Part shown: piece after piece, positions 1-13,116 of the stretch
Position numbering within the stretch: the stretch's first letter is position 1
Layout of the letters: each line of letters begins with the position of its first letter
Origin: Felis catus
Taxonomy: Eukaryota
Direction: 5' to 3'
Assembly (NCBI RefSeq): GCF_018350175.1
Contig: NC_058368.1
Span: 19,160,001-19,224,000, forward strand
DNA length: 64,000 nt
Notes under the pieces: model-generated
What the model was told of the DNA's origin: nothing
What the model saw: only the letters and a program-made list of their open reading frames with translations
The model's database searches: none
Made by a program: the position numbers and the translations under genes

Positions 1-352
1 GGTTTTGTGCTGAGGGTTCCTCTGCTCCCTGTCCACTGCTGATTCCTCCTTGCTCCAAATTCAATTCTGTCCTCTCTTGGCCCCATACACTCAGGGGGTA
101 TGTCATCTCATACCTGGGCAATTTCATAGTTTCCTAAGTGTTTTGGCTGCTACAAAAAGTAACAGACTATTTCCTTTTATGACCTGGTCTCCTTGCCCCA
201 AATAGATCCAGAAAAGAAAGTTACTTTCTGAAGCTTGCAAAGACTTGAGATAAAGTGTCAAAGAAACTCTGTATTGCCATGAGCACTTTCCTGAATGAAC
301 TTCACAAATCTCAGTATCTCCCTTCCTCTATCTCCATGTATTTATATCTCAC

Positions 353-405
353 CTTTCATCAAAGGGTCAACACTAGTTACTTTTTTCCCCTGACTTGGGT
401 CATTG
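353..405 (-). CDS. TPTE2: Repeat exon, only 53 nt (apparent 1-nt deletion): NDPSQGKKVTSVDP...
   Basis: tttttaatcctttag| acceptor and AG|gtgaga donor are intact, but the length is not a multiple of 3. Confidence 0.55.
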
Positions 406-704
406 CTAAAGGATTAAAAATGCACATTTTAAGACTTCACATGTCTCTCTAGATTTGTTTAATTTTTATATGAAAATTAGGTACAATTTGGCTACAATTT
501 GTACTCAAGTGGACTTAAAAATAATTTAATCAGCCTTGGATACCTGGCATTCAATGTTTCCCTACAAATGAGGCTTTATATGCTTAAAATGAGACTCTTA
601 CTCCTGTGGACAAAAACTTAATAAATCAAGTTTGTGTACATTTTCTTGACTCCTGAATCTTCTCCTTGCTCCAAAATGGGTTTATCTCCTCTCTTTTTCT
701 ACTT

Positions 705-925
705 TATTTTTTTAAGCTTATTTATTTATTTTGATAAAGAGAGCACGAGAGAGCATGAACAGGGGAGGAGAAGAGAGAAAGAGAGAAAGACAGAGAATCC
801 CAAGCAGACTCCATGCTGTCAGTGCAGAGCCCAACACGGGGCTTAATCCCGGGAACCATGAGATCATGATCTGAGCAGAAATCAAGAGTCAGATGCTTAA
901 CTGACTGAGCCACCCAGGTGCCCCT
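705..925 (-). mobile_element. CanSINE (SINEC)
   Basis: Reverse tRNA-derived head (..gagccacccaggtgcccc), (GA)n and T-rich tail. Confidence 0.9.
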
Positions 926-1140
926 TTGTTCCGCTTCCGTTAGAGTCTCATACATGGGGCATTTTGACAATTTCCTAGGGGTTTGGGTGGCCACTAGCTA
1001 AGGCTGACAAACAGGAGAGGAATAAGATGCATCCCCTCATGACCTGTTTCTCTTTTATCCAACTCTGTCTAAACTGGAGACAAAGTCACTTTCGTATGCC
1101 ACAGTAATTTGGAAATGGTGTCAAAGACTCTCAGTGTCTT

Positions 1141-1610
1141 CTGGAAAATAGTACGGAGGTTCCTCAAGAAAATAAAAATAGAACTACCCTACAACCCAGT
1201 AGTTGTACAGCTAGGTATTTATCCAAAGGATACAAACATGCTGATTCGTAGGGGCACATGTACCCTAATGTTTATAGCAGCACTATCAACAATAGCTAAA
1301 GCATGGAAAGAGCCCAAATGTCCACTGTTTGATGAATGGATAAAGAAGATGTGGTATATATATATATACACACATACACATGTGTATATGTACATATATA
1401 TATGTATATGTATATGTACATATACATATGTATATACATATATATGTATATGTACATATATATACATACACATATATGTATATGTACATATACATATGTA
1501 TATATGTATATGTACATATACATATGTATATACATACATATATATGTATATGTACATATATATACATACACATGTGTATATGTATATACACATATACACA
1601 CATATGTATG

Positions 1611-1641
<31 letters not shown>

Positions 1642-2083
1642 GAATATTACTCAGTGACCAAAAAGAATGAAATCTTGCCATTTGCAACAATGTGGATGGA
1701 ACTAGGGTGTATTATGCTCATTGAAATAAGTCAGAGAATGACACGTATTATATGATTTCACTCATGTGGAATTTAAGAAACAAAACGGATAAACATAGGG
1801 GAAGGGAAGCAAAAATGAGATAAAAACAGAGAGAGAGACACAAACCACAAAAGACTTAAATGCAGAGAACAAACTGAGGGTTGCTGGTGGGGTGTTGGGT
1901 GGGGGATGGGCTAAATGGATGATGAGCATTAAGGAGGGCACTTGTTGGAATGAGCACCGGATGTTATGTGTAAGTGATGAATCACTAAATTCTACTCTTG
2001 AAATCATTATTATACTATATGTTAACTAGGATTTAAATTAAAAAAAAAAAAAACAAGGAAGACACAGAAGGAAAAAAAAAAAA
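1141..2083 (+). mobile_element. 5'-truncated carnivore L1 (ORF2 C-terminus + 3'UTR + polyA)
   Basis: Translates ..IELPYNP..MFIAALSTIAKAWKEPKCP; L1 3'UTR; polyA; degenerate TSD aaagac..tgtctt. Confidence 0.92.
1355..1641. repeat. (TA)n/(CA)n compound microsatellite within L1
   Basis: Alternating purine-pyrimidine TATATACA/TATGTA repeats. Confidence 0.95.
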
Positions 2084-2208
2084 GACACTGTAATGTCTTG
2101 AATGCTCCTGAAAATGAACCTCCAAATCTCAGTCTCTCTCCCTCCCACCGTCTCCATATGTGTCTTTATACATGTATAGTTCTGTTTACATCTCTATTTA
2201 TATCTCAC

Positions 2209-2262
2209 ATGTCCTTGATGATTTCACCAGAAGTTACTGTTGTCAGTTCACTCAAGGCAATG
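2209..2262 (-). CDS. TPTE2: 54-nt repeat exon: IALSELTTVTSGEIIKD
   Basis: tttttatcccctag| acceptor, AT|gtgaga donor, open. Confidence 0.72.
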
Positions 2263-3171
2263 CTAGGGGATAAAAATGGGACAGAGTCAGACACTACATG
2301 ATATTCTACATTAAATACTTCAGGTCAGTTAGTTAAAATTACTCTCCAAATTACAAGATAGTTAACTCTTTTAAAATTTACATATAAATCAGTTATTTGA
2401 AACCTGGTATGTCGTTTCCCCCTAGAAATGAGGCTTTTTGTCTTTGTAATGAATACCTTGCACCTGTCAAAAAAATTAATGACTCAAGATTTAGGTACAG
2501 TTCTTTACTACTGAATCTGACTCAATGTGTAACATTCTTTTTGGGTGGGATTTATTTATTTACCTCAGCGTAGGAATACACCTCTCTTGACCAATCTAAT
2601 TTCCTCATTTGCAAGTCTTTCCAACCCATCTGTGCTTTTTAGGAATCATGGATGTCTTTCCTGCCCCTCAGCTAATATCAAATCACTACAGGTCTGGGTC
2701 AATGACTCTATCCAATATGATGGTAGGTCTGGGCTTGGGCACCCCCAGCTGCAAATGGTGGCAAACATACACAGATCCAAGTCTATAGGCTCAATTATTT
2801 TCTGCTGAGGCACCCTCTGCATCCTGTCCCCCCATATGTTTGCTGTTTATAATTTACTAGTATTCTCTTTCCTACCCTAGTACAGACTCAGACACAGGCA
2901 ATCTGAAAATTTCCTATCAGTTTGGCTGCTCATAACCGACGGTGAAGACTGGGGGTAAGAGAACTCCTTCTATGACCCGTTCATCTTTCTTCTACCTTGA
3001 TTCAAAAATCCTTGATTCTATATTACATATAGAAGCTTACCATGAGAAGACTTTACAAACAATCAAGAGAACGGTGTATCCCCACGGGGAGTGAACATCC
3101 CAAATCCCATCCCAAATCCCAATATGTGTGCGTACAGACACATATTTATGTATGTATTCATCATAGCTCAC

Positions 3172-3225
3172 TTTGCATTGGAGAGTCCTTTGGAGGATAC
3201 TGCTGTCCATTCACTCATGGCAGTT
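3172..3225 (-). CDS. TPTE2: 54-nt repeat exon: TAMSEWTAVSSKGLSNA
   Basis: ttttaatcctttag| acceptor, AA|gtgagc donor, open. Confidence 0.72.
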
Positions 3226-4176
3226 CTAAAGGATTAAAAGTAGACATAGTTAGACACCACATGACTTCTAGACTTACTGATTTAGTTCAAATTGTTTACA
3301 ATTACTCTTGAACTTACAAAATGGTTGATACTTAGAAAATTTGCCTGCAAATTAGTTATTTGAAACCCAATATCTCATTTTTCCTAGAAATGAACCTTTA
3401 TATGTTTGCAATATGTATTTTAGACCTAGCAAAAACATGAGTGATTCAAGAGTTAAGTACAGATCTTTTCTACTGATGCTGGCTCAGTGTGTACCAGCCT
3501 TTCATGGTGGAAATTATTTCAATTCGACCTCAATTTGCAAGTATACATCCTTCTTCCCTCCCAAATGTTCTGCTTCTCAAGTCCTTCCTTCATCTCCTTT
3601 TACCACTCTTGCCTTCTCTGCCCTCAGATAGTGTCAAGTAACTGCAGGCCTGAGGCAGGGGCTCCCTCCATGTGACTGTAGGTTTGGATCTGGGACAGCA
3701 GCCTCATATGGTGGCAGAACTCTTGGAGGGTGAACGATCCAGGTTCAATTAGCACCTTTCTTTCTGCTGAGGGCTCCTCTGTCCCCTGGCTACTGGCACC
3801 TCCTCTTTTGTCCTAGTAGGATTCTGTTCCCTCTTTACCCAGCCTAGTAAGACTCATACATAGGCACGCTGGAAATTTTCAAAGGTTTTGGCTTCTAGAC
3901 ACTAAGAGGAGGAAGGATTCCTCTTAGGACCTGCTCCTCTTTGATCCAAACAGATGCAAAAAGATAGGAAGTTACCTACAGGTGCTACAGTGAGAAGATT
4001 CAGAAACAAAGACACCGTATTGTCATGGATGATCCTGAGAATGCGTTTGGAAACCTTATCCCTTTCGCTCATAGCATTTGTTTTTGAACGTGTCTTTGTG
4101 TGTCTGTGTGCATATAAATGTAGACATACATATGTGCATATAAATATATATTTATCTTTATTCATTTATATCTCAC

Positions 4177-4230
4177 ATTTCACTGGTGAATTCCTCATAG
4201 CCATCTGATTTCGATTCAGTCAGGGCCGTG
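4177..4230 (-). CDS. TPTE2: 54-nt repeat exon: TALTESKSDGYEEFTSE
   Basis: tttaatcctttag| acceptor, AT|gtgaga donor; the other two frames contain stops. Confidence 0.75.
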
Positions 4231-4404
4231 CTAAAGGATTAAAGAGGTACATAATCAGACACCATGTGTAATACTAGACTGACTTTCCTTCATTTAAATA
4301 ACTATAATTGCTCTATACTTACGAACTGGTCAGTCTTTAAAAATTCATGTATTTACCACCTAATCGAACCTGGTAGGTCATTTTTTTTAGTAGAAATGAG
4401 GCTT

Positions 4405-4628
4405 GGGGTGCCCCTGGGTGACTCAGCTGGTTGAGCGTCTGACTTTGGCTCAGATCATGATCCCATGATTCCGTGAGTTCAAGCCCAGCAATGGGCTCTG
4501 TGCTGACAGCTCAGAGCGTGAAGCCTGCTTTGGATTCTGTGTCTCCCCCTCTCTCTCTGCCCCTCCCCTGCTCATCTCTATCTGTCTCTCAAAAATAAAC
4601 ATTAAAAAGATTTCTAAAAAGAAAGAAA
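4405..4628 (+). mobile_element. CanSINE with TSD agaaatgaggctt
   Basis: SINEC head, (CT)n, polyA; flanking direct repeat. Confidence 0.92.
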
Positions 4629-4924
4629 GAAATGAGGCTTTATATGAGATGTTAATGACTACCTTAGGCCTATAAATAATGCATCAATCTGTAAGTTCTT
4701 TACTGTCACTCTAAACTGATTGTGTAACAGCCTTTTGTAGTAGAATTTATTTCAAATTCAACTTCAGTTTGGAGACAGCCATCCCTCTTATCCATTTAAA
4801 TTCCTGGTTCTGAGGCCCTTCCCTCTTCTCCTGACTTTCATCTAAGGGTTTGGCTGCTAGAAAGGGAAACAAATCCACTCAGGGTAAGAAGTACCCCTCT
4901 TATGTCTTCCCCTTTTATTCAACT

Positions 4925-4957
<33 letters not shown>

Positions 4958-6149
4958 GATAGAAAATTACCTACATATACTACAGTGAGAGAACTTAGAA
5001 GCCGTATTGAAGACACTCCGGGGAGGAGTTAAGATGGGGAATGATTAGGGAGACCCCAAGCTTGTCTAGTCCCTTGAACACAGCTACATATTTATCAAAT
5101 CATTCTGAAACCAAAGAAATCAAACAGAGGTTTGAGAGAACAAAACTCGCGAGACTGCAAGTGGAAAAGTGACCACCCTTTAGGAGGTAGGAGTCATGGA
5201 GAATTTAATGGGGGAGCTGTTGTTCTGGGTACAGCTTGGGGAGGGATCCTGCTTGGAGAGGCTACTGCAAAGTAGTATAAGTAGCGGAACACAAAATCTC
5301 AACTTTTAGCAGTCTGCTACCACGGAGGAAGTTCCCGGCTTAAAGGTGCTCAAGTGGTGAAGTGGAGCAGAATCCCAGGAGTGACAGTGAGGTCTGAGAA
5401 TCCCTTGGGGCACAAGAAAGACACACGCCATGCCAACATACTGTGCTGTTTCCAGGCATAAGAGAGGGGACTCGCTCTGGCAGAGGGCAGCAAACAGGAG
5501 TGCTAGCTGTCTGCTCTGACATAAGCTCTGAACAGCGGTATATTCATGCCACTGCTTTTTTGGCACAGGCTGGCAAAAACCTGGTGAGACCCTCCCCCAG
5601 AGGAATACTGTGGGTCTGCCCCCACCGGGATCCCTAATATTTGGGATTTTTAAACTCAGTTGTAAGCCTGAATAAAAAAGCTTGGACATAGGCAGGGTGA
5701 ATGCAGGGTTCTGATGAAAACCGGGGACACAAGAAGGGTGATTAATTGCTCTTCTGTGAGGTTTCCCTGAAGAGTAAGTGGCGCAAGCATTTAGCTCCAG
5801 GGCTATAGAGCAGGGAGCTGCCATTTTCAATCCACTTTTCAGAGCCAAAAGGCTTCAGGGAGCAAAACAGCACCACCTAGTGGAGGTCAGAGCCACTTAC
5901 ACCAAGCCCCTCCCCTCGCACCCTAGAGGCGAATTTCCGCTCAAACAAGTCAGCCTGAGAATTAGTGCAGCAGGCTCCTCCTCCAGAAGACCAGCACCAA
6001 CAACTCACTTGCACCAAGTCTACTGGGCAAACAGATCTAGGAAACATAGGATCTAAATTCCATTTTACTTTTATTCTTTATGTTTTTATTATTACTTTTT
6101 TCATTCATTTTCTTATTTTTTTTAAATTCATCTTAAAATTTTTACTTTT

Positions 6150-6378
6150 TTGGGGTTGCCTGGGTGGCTCAGTAGGTTGAGCCTCCGACTTCAGCTCAGG
6201 TCACGATCTCTCAGCTTGTGAGTTCTAGCCTCACGTCAGGCTCTGTGCTGACAGCTCAGAGCCTGGAGCCCGCTTCGGATTCTGTGTCTCCCTCTCTCTC
6301 TGTCCCTAACCCACTCACACTCCATCTCTGTCTCTCTCAAAAATAAATAAACATTAAAAAAAGAAAATTAAAAAAAAA
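6150..6378 (+). mobile_element. CanSINE inside L1
   Basis: SINEC head and tail. Confidence 0.9.
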
Positions 6379-6659
6379 TTTACTGTTTTTTTTACATTTT
6401 TATGTATACATTTTTATATATACATATCCTCTTACTTTTTATCGTTTGTTTTCATTTCATTTCATTATATTATGTTTTAATTTGGGTCTAGACTCCTAAC
6501 AAGCCACCCAAAGCACACCCAGGATCTAGGGTGGTTGTTGTTTTTAATTTTTTTCTTTGTTTGTTTTCTTTAGTTTTTCTTTTCTTTTATGGACAAAATG
6601 ACAAGATGGAGAAACTCACCCCAAAAGAAGGAACAGGCAGTAGAACTCATGGTCAGAGA

Positions 6660-6887
6660 TTTTTTTTTTTAATTTTTTTTTTCAGCATTTTAATTTATTT
6701 TTGGGACAGAGAGAGACAGAGCATGAACGGGGGAGGGGCAGAGAGAGAGGGAGACACAGAATGGGAAACAGGCTCCAGGCTCCGAGCCATCAGCCCAGAG
6801 CCTGACGCGGGGCTCGAACTCCCGGACTGCGAGATCGTGACCTGGCTGAAGTTGGACGCTTAACCGACTGCGCCACCCAGGCGCCCC
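6660..6887 (-). mobile_element. Young SINEC_Fc-type SINE, TSD tcatggtcagagattt
   Basis: CpG-rich near-consensus copy; clear TSD. Confidence 0.93.
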
Positions 6888-7973
6888 TCATGGTCAGAGA
6901 TTTAATCAAAGCAGATATTAAGTAAGATGTCTCAACTAGAATTTAAAACCGCAATTAAAAGGATGCCAGCTGGGGTTGAAGAAAGCATAGAAGACAGCAG
7001 AGAATTCCTAAACTAAAATCTTGTCAGCCCCAAATTAAAAATGCTGTAACCAAGGTGCAATTTCAAATGGATGCCATGATAACGAGGCTGGATAGAGCAG
7101 AGCAGCGAATCAGTGATATAGGAGATAGAATTATGGAAAATAATGAAGCTGAAAAGAAGAGGGAAACAAAGACAAAAGATCATAATACAAGACTTAGAGA
7201 ACTCAGTGACTTATTAAAGAGGAATAACATTTGTATCATAAGAATCTCAGAGATGAAGAAAGAGAAAAGGGGGCAGAAGGTTTATATGAGCAAATTATAG
7301 CTGAAAACTTCCCTAATATGGAGGACATACATCTAAATCCAAGAAGCACAGAGAATCCCCATTAAGTTCAGCAAAAGCCAACCATCGCCAAGGAATACCA
7401 TAGTCAAATTCACAAAATACACAGACAAGGAAGAAATTATGAAAGCAGCAAAGGAAGAAAAGTCCTTAACCTACACGGGAAGACAAATCAGGTTTGTAGC
7501 ATATCTGCCCACAGAAACTTGGCAGGTCAGAAAAGAGTGGCAGGATAATTAAACATGCTAAATGGGAAAAATATGCAGCCAAGAATACTTTATCCAGCAA
7601 GGCTGTCATTCAGAATAAAAGGAGAGATAAAGAGTTTCCCAAACAAACAAAATCTAAAGGAGTTCATGACCCCCAATCCAGCCCTACAAGAAATTTGAAT
7701 GGGAACTCTTTGAGTGGAGAAAAACAAAACAAAACACCAAAAGCAACAAAGACTAAAAATGACCAGAAACACCAACTCCACAGGCAACACAATGGCACTA
7801 AATTCATATCTTTCAATAATCACTCTGAATGTAAATGGACTAAATGCTCCAATCAAAAGACATAGAGTATCAGAATGGATTAAAAAAAAAAAAAAAACAG
7901 ATACATCTCTATGCTGCCTACAAGACACCCATTTTAGATCTAAAGGCACCTTTAGGTCTAAAATTGCCTTTTA

Positions 7974-8560
7974 CCTTTTGTAGCAACATGGATGGAACTG
8001 GAGAGTGTGATGCTAAGTGAAATGAGCCATACAGAGAAAGACAGATACCATATGGTTTCACTCTTATGTGGATCCTGAGAAACTTAACAGAAACCCATGG
8101 GGGAGGGGAAGGAAAAAAAAAAAAAGAGGTTAGAGTGGGAGAGAGCCAAAGCATAAGAGACTGTTAAAAACTGAGAACAGGGGCGCCTGGGTGGCGCAGT
8201 CGGTTAAGCGTCTGACTTCAGCCAGGTCACGATCTCGCGGTCCGTGAGTTCGAGCCCCGCGTCGGGCTCTGGGCTGATGGCTCAGAGCCTGAAGCCTGGT
8301 TCCGATTCTGTGTCTCCCTCTCTCTCTGCCCCTCCCCCGTTCATGCTCTGTCTCTCTCTGTCCCAAAAATAAATAAGCGTTGAAAAAATAAAATTAAAAA
8401 AAAAAACAAAAACTGAGAACTGAGGGTTGATGGGGGGTGGGAGGGAGGGGAGGGTGGGTGATGGGTATTGAGGAGGGCATCTTTTGGGATGAGCACTGGG
8501 TATTGTATGGAAACCAATTTGACAATAAATTTCATATATTAAAAAAAATAAAATAAATAA
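7974..8560 (+). mobile_element. Young L1 3' fragment nested in the older L1, TSD aaattgcctttta
   Basis: Felid L1 3'UTR (..ggaaaccaatttgacaataaatttcat), polyA, TSD at ~7961 and ~8560. Confidence 0.9.
8180..8410 (+). mobile_element. Young SINEC_Fc-type SINE inside the nested L1
   Basis: ggggcgcctgggtggcgcagtcggttaagcg head; TSD aaaaactgagaac. Confidence 0.93.
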
Positions 8561-9745
8561 AATTGCCTTTTAAAAGTGAAAGTGAGGGGATGGAGAACCA
8601 TAGATCAGGCTAACTGAGGTCAAAAGAAAGCTGGAGTAGCCCTACTTATATCAGACAAACTATATTTGAAACCAAAGGCTAACATGAAATGAAGAATAGG
8701 TCTACCCTAATAATTAAGGGGTCTATCCATCAAGAAGATCTAACAATTATAAATATTTATGTCCCTAACTTGAAAGAACCCAAATATATAAATCAATTAA
8801 TAACAAACATAAAGAAACTAATTTATAATAATACAATATTATTAGGGGACTTTAACACCCCACTTACAACAGTGGACAGGTCATCTAAGCAGAAAATCAA
8901 CAAGGAAACCACATCTTTGAATGACACACTGGAACAGATGGACTTAACAGATATATTCAGAATATTTCAACTTAAAGCAGGAGAATACACATTCTTTTCA
9001 AGAAAACATGGAACATTCTCCAGAATATATCATGTATTGGGTCACAAATCAGCTCTCAAAAAGTACAAAAAGATCAAGCCCATACCACACATTTTCAGAC
9101 CACAGTGGTACAGAATTTGAAATCAACCACAAGAAAAAATATGAAAACAACATGAGTACTTGGAGATTAAAGAACATCCTATTAAAAAATGAATGGGCTA
9201 ACTAAGAAATTAAAGAGGAAATTAAAAAGTACATGGAAGCCAATGAAAATGAAAATACGACAGTCCAAAATCTTTGTGGTGCAGGAAAGGCAGTCAGAAG
9301 AGGGAAGTATATAGCAATCTAGGCCTTCCTAAAGAAGAAATGAATGTCTCAAATACACAACCTAACATTACACCTAAAAGGGCTGGAAAAAGAAAAGCAA
9401 ATAAAGCCCTAAATCCGCACAAGAAAGGAAATAATGAAGATTAGAGCAGAACTCAATGATATCGGAAAAAAACAAAAAATGTAGACCATAACAGTGAAAC
9501 TAGGAGCTGGTTCTTTTAAAGAATTAACAAAATTGGTAAACCCCTAGCCAGATGTCTCAAGAAGAAAAAAGAAAAAAACAAAATAGATAAAAAATAAGAA
9601 TTAAAGAGGAGAGATCACAACTAACACCACAGAAATACAAACAACTATAAGAGAATATTATGAGCAAGATATGCCAACAAATTGGGCAATGAGCAAGAAA
9701 TGGATAAATTCCTAGAAACATATAAACTATCAAAACTGAAATAAA

Positions 9746-9967
9746 GGGGCACCTGGGTGGCGCAGTCGGTTAAGCGTCCGACTTCAGCCAGGTCACGATC
9801 TCGCGGTCCCGGAGTTCGAGCCCCGCGTCAGGCTCTGGGCTGATGGCTCAGAGCCTGGAGCTTGTTTCCGATTCTGTGTCTCCCTCTCTCTGCCCCTCCC
9901 CCGTTCATGCTCTGTCTCTCTCTGTCCCAAAAATAAATAAACATTGAAAAAAAAATTAAAAAAAAAA
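9746..9967 (+). mobile_element. Young SINEC_Fc-type SINE
   Basis: Near-consensus head; TSD aaaactgaaata. Confidence 0.93.
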
Positions 9968-11262
9968 CTGAAATAGGAAGAAATAGAAAACTTGAATAGA
10001 TCTGTAAGTAGTAAAGAAATTGAATCAGTAATCAAAAATCTCCCAACAAACAGGGTCAGATAGCTTCCCAGGAAAATTTTACCAAACATTAAAGAAGAAT
10101 TAATACCTAATCTTCTCAAACTATTTAAAAAAATAGAAATAGAAGGAAAACTTCCAAGCTTATTCTACGAGGCCAGCATTACCTTGATTCCAAAACTAGA
10201 CAAAGACCCCACTAAAAAGGAGAATTACAGACCAATATCCCTGATGAACACTGATGCAAAAATTCTCAACAAGATACTAACGAGATACTGGCACAAAAAC
10301 AATCAATGGAATAGAATAGAGAACCCAGAAATGGACCCTCAAATGTCTGGCCAACTAAATCAAAGCAGGAAAGAATATCCAACGGAAAAAAGATGGTCTT
10401 TTCAACAAATAGTTGAAGAATGGGAAAACTGGACAGCAACAGGCAGAAGAATGAAAACGGACCACTTTCTTACACCACACAAAAATAAACTCAAAATGGA
10501 TGAAATACCTAAAGGTAAGACCATAAAAAATCCTAGAAGAGATAGCAGGCAGCAACCTCTTTGACCTCAGTGGCAGCAATTTCTTAGACATGTCTCCCGA
10601 GGCAATGGAAACAAAAGCAAAATGAACTATTAGAACCTCATCCAGATGAAAAGCTTCTGCACAATGGAAGGAAACAATTAACAAAACTATAAGGCAATTG
10701 ATGGAATAGGAGAAGATTTTTGTAAATCTTCTGATAAAGTGTTAGTATTCACAATCTATAAAGAATATATCAAACTCAACATGAAAAAAACAAACAACCC
10801 AGTTCACACGTAGGCATAAGTCATGAGCAGACACTTTTCCAAAGAAGACATCCAGATGGCTAGCAGACACATGATGCTCAACATCACTCATCATCAGGGA
10901 AATACAAATCAAAACCACAATGAGGTACCACCTTGCACCTGTCAGAATGCCTAAAATTAATGACTCAGGAAACAACAAATGTGGGCAAGGATGCAGAGAA
11001 AGGGGAAGACTTTTGCACTCCCGGTAGGAATGTAAACTGGTGCGGCCACTCTGGAAAACAGTATGGATGTTCCCCAAAAAATTAAAAATAGACTACCCTA
11101 CAACCCAATAATTGTACTACTCAATATTTATTCAAGGATACAAAAATGCTGATTTGAAGGGGCACATGCACCCCAATGTTTATAGCAGCACTATCAACAA
11201 TAGCCAAAGTATGGAAAGAGCCCAAATGTCCATCAACTGATGAATGGCTAAAGAAGATGCGG

Positions 11263-11319
<57 letters not shown>

Positions 11320-11850
11320 GAATATTACTTAGTCACCAAAAAGAATGAAAGCTTCCATTTGCAATGACGTGGATGGAACTAGAGTGCACTATGCTAAGCA
11401 AAAGAAGTCAGTCAGCGAAAGACAAAAATCATATGATTTTACTCATATGTGGAATTTAAGAAACAAAACAGATGAACATAGGGGAAGGAGAGGCAAAATA
11501 AAATAAGATAAAAACAGAGAGGCAAACCTTAAGAGACAACTAAATATAGAGAAAAAAACAGGGTTGCTGGAGTGGAGCTGGTGGGGGGATGGATTAAATG
11601 GGTGACAGGCATTAAGGAGGACATTTGTTGGAATGAGCACAAGGTGTTATATGTAAGGGATGAAGCACTAAATTCTACCCCTAAAACAAACACTACACTA
11701 TATATTAACTAACTTGAATTTAAATAAATAAAAAAGACACCCTGTGGATGCACCTGTCATTTTAAAAATCTCATATCTCTCTTTGTTGTTTTATGTGTGT
11801 ATGTGTCTAGATTATACATACAATTTTAAATTTATGCATTCATATCTCAC

Positions 11851-11904
11851 ATTTCATTGGTGGATTCCTCATAGTTTTCTAATGTCAGTTCATTCTGGGC
11901 ATGG
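11851..11904 (-). CDS. TPTE2: 54-nt repeat exon: HAQNELTLENYEESTNE
   Basis: Same splice sites and sequence as 14063-14116. Confidence 0.75.
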
Positions 11905-12884
11905 CTAAAGAATCAAAAAGGTACATAGTCAGACACAATGTGTAATTCTAGATTTCCTTTTTTCCATTCAAATAGCTACAATTATTCTACAGTATGAGTT
12001 GGTTGAGTTTTAAGAGTCCAAGTGCAAATCAATAATCTGGAACTTGTGTGTCATTTCATATTAGAAATGAGGGTTTATATGGTGGTAATGATTATCTTAG
12101 GCCCATGAATAGTGAACACATCAAGACTTAGGTAAAGTGTTCTTAGTCATTACCCTAACCCAATATGTAACTACCTTTGGTGGTAGAATTTCAATTTGAC
12201 TTCAGTTTATAGGTTTATAAGTACATATCCCTTTGACTCCAACTAATTGCATGATTGGCAATTTCCTCCATCCCCTGCTTACTCTTCATGCTTCATGGCT
12301 GTCTTTCCAGACCCTCAGACAGGTTAAGTAACTAAAGACCTGAGGCAGAGGCTCCCTCCAATATGGTGGTGGGTTTGGGGCACTAGTCTCACATGGCAGC
12401 AGAGTTCTGGAGTATGCAGGACAGACCCAGTTTCAATTAGCTCCTTTCTTCCTGCTGAGGGCTTCTCTGTCCACTGGCTACTGCTACCTCCTACTTTGTC
12501 TTAAGTAGGATTCTGTTCCTTCTTCACCCAATCTAGTAAGACTCATACATGGACATTCTGGAAATCTCCAAAAGGTTTTGGCAGCTAGTTACTAGGAGGA
12601 GAAAGGATTCTTCTTATGACCTGCTCCTCTTTGATCCAAATAGATCCAAAAAAAGGCAGGAAGTTACCTACAGGTGCTACAGTGAGAAGATTCAGAAACA
12701 TTCAAAGACACTGTATTGTCATGGATGATCCTGAGAATGCATTTGGAAACCTCATCCCTTTCATTCATTGTATTTATGTTTGCATACATGTCTTTGTGCA
12801 TCTGTGTTGATATAAGTATATTCATACATATGTGCATATACATATATATAAATCTATATTTATCTTTGCTCGTTTATATCTCAC

Positions 12885-12938
12885 ATTTTACTGGTGACTT
12901 CCTCATAACTGTCTGATTTCCATCCAGTCAGGGTTATG
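12885..12938 (-). CDS. TPTE2: 54-nt repeat exon: ITLTGWKSDSYEEVTSK
   Basis: tttaatcttttag| acceptor, AT|gtgaga donor, open. Confidence 0.75.
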
Positions 12939-13116
12939 CTAAAAGATTAAAGAGGTACATAGTCAGACACCATGTGTAATAAATACTAGACTGACTTTTT
13001 CCATTTAAAAAGCTACAACTGCTCTATACTCAAGAACTGGTCACTCCTTAAAAATTCATGTATGTATCACCTAATTGAACCTGGTAGGGCATTTTTGATA
13101 AGAAATGAGGCTTTAT

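Larger units (their letters stand above)
5018..11735 (+). mobile_element. Near-full-length degenerate carnivore L1 with an internal ORF2 (RT) deletion at ~10280
   Basis: 5'UTR starts gggaggagttaagatgg; ORF1 remnants (7055-7300); endonuclease start MALNSYLSIITLNVNGLNAPIKRHR; KILNKIL joined directly to YWHKN; polyA; short TSD aagacac. Confidence 0.93.

Noticed and set aside
1109..1755. Overlapping Y/I/C/H-rich ORFs
   Set aside because: L1 ORF2 tail running into a (TA/CA)n microsatellite
3976..4034. Second exon-like segment per unit (cag|..CCTGTAG|gtaact; paralogue 12668-12730)
   Set aside because: Lengths differ (59 vs 63 nt), the acceptor is weak and not conserved in other units, and L1s insert into the homologous position; at most cryptic
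3954..4208. Paralogous plus-strand ORFs (RKLPTGATVRRFRN; also 12616-12916)
   Set aside because: Similarity simply reflects the duplicated unit; frames are not conserved between copies
8180..8260. tRNA-like A/B-box sequences
   Set aside because: These are CanSINE heads, not tRNA genes
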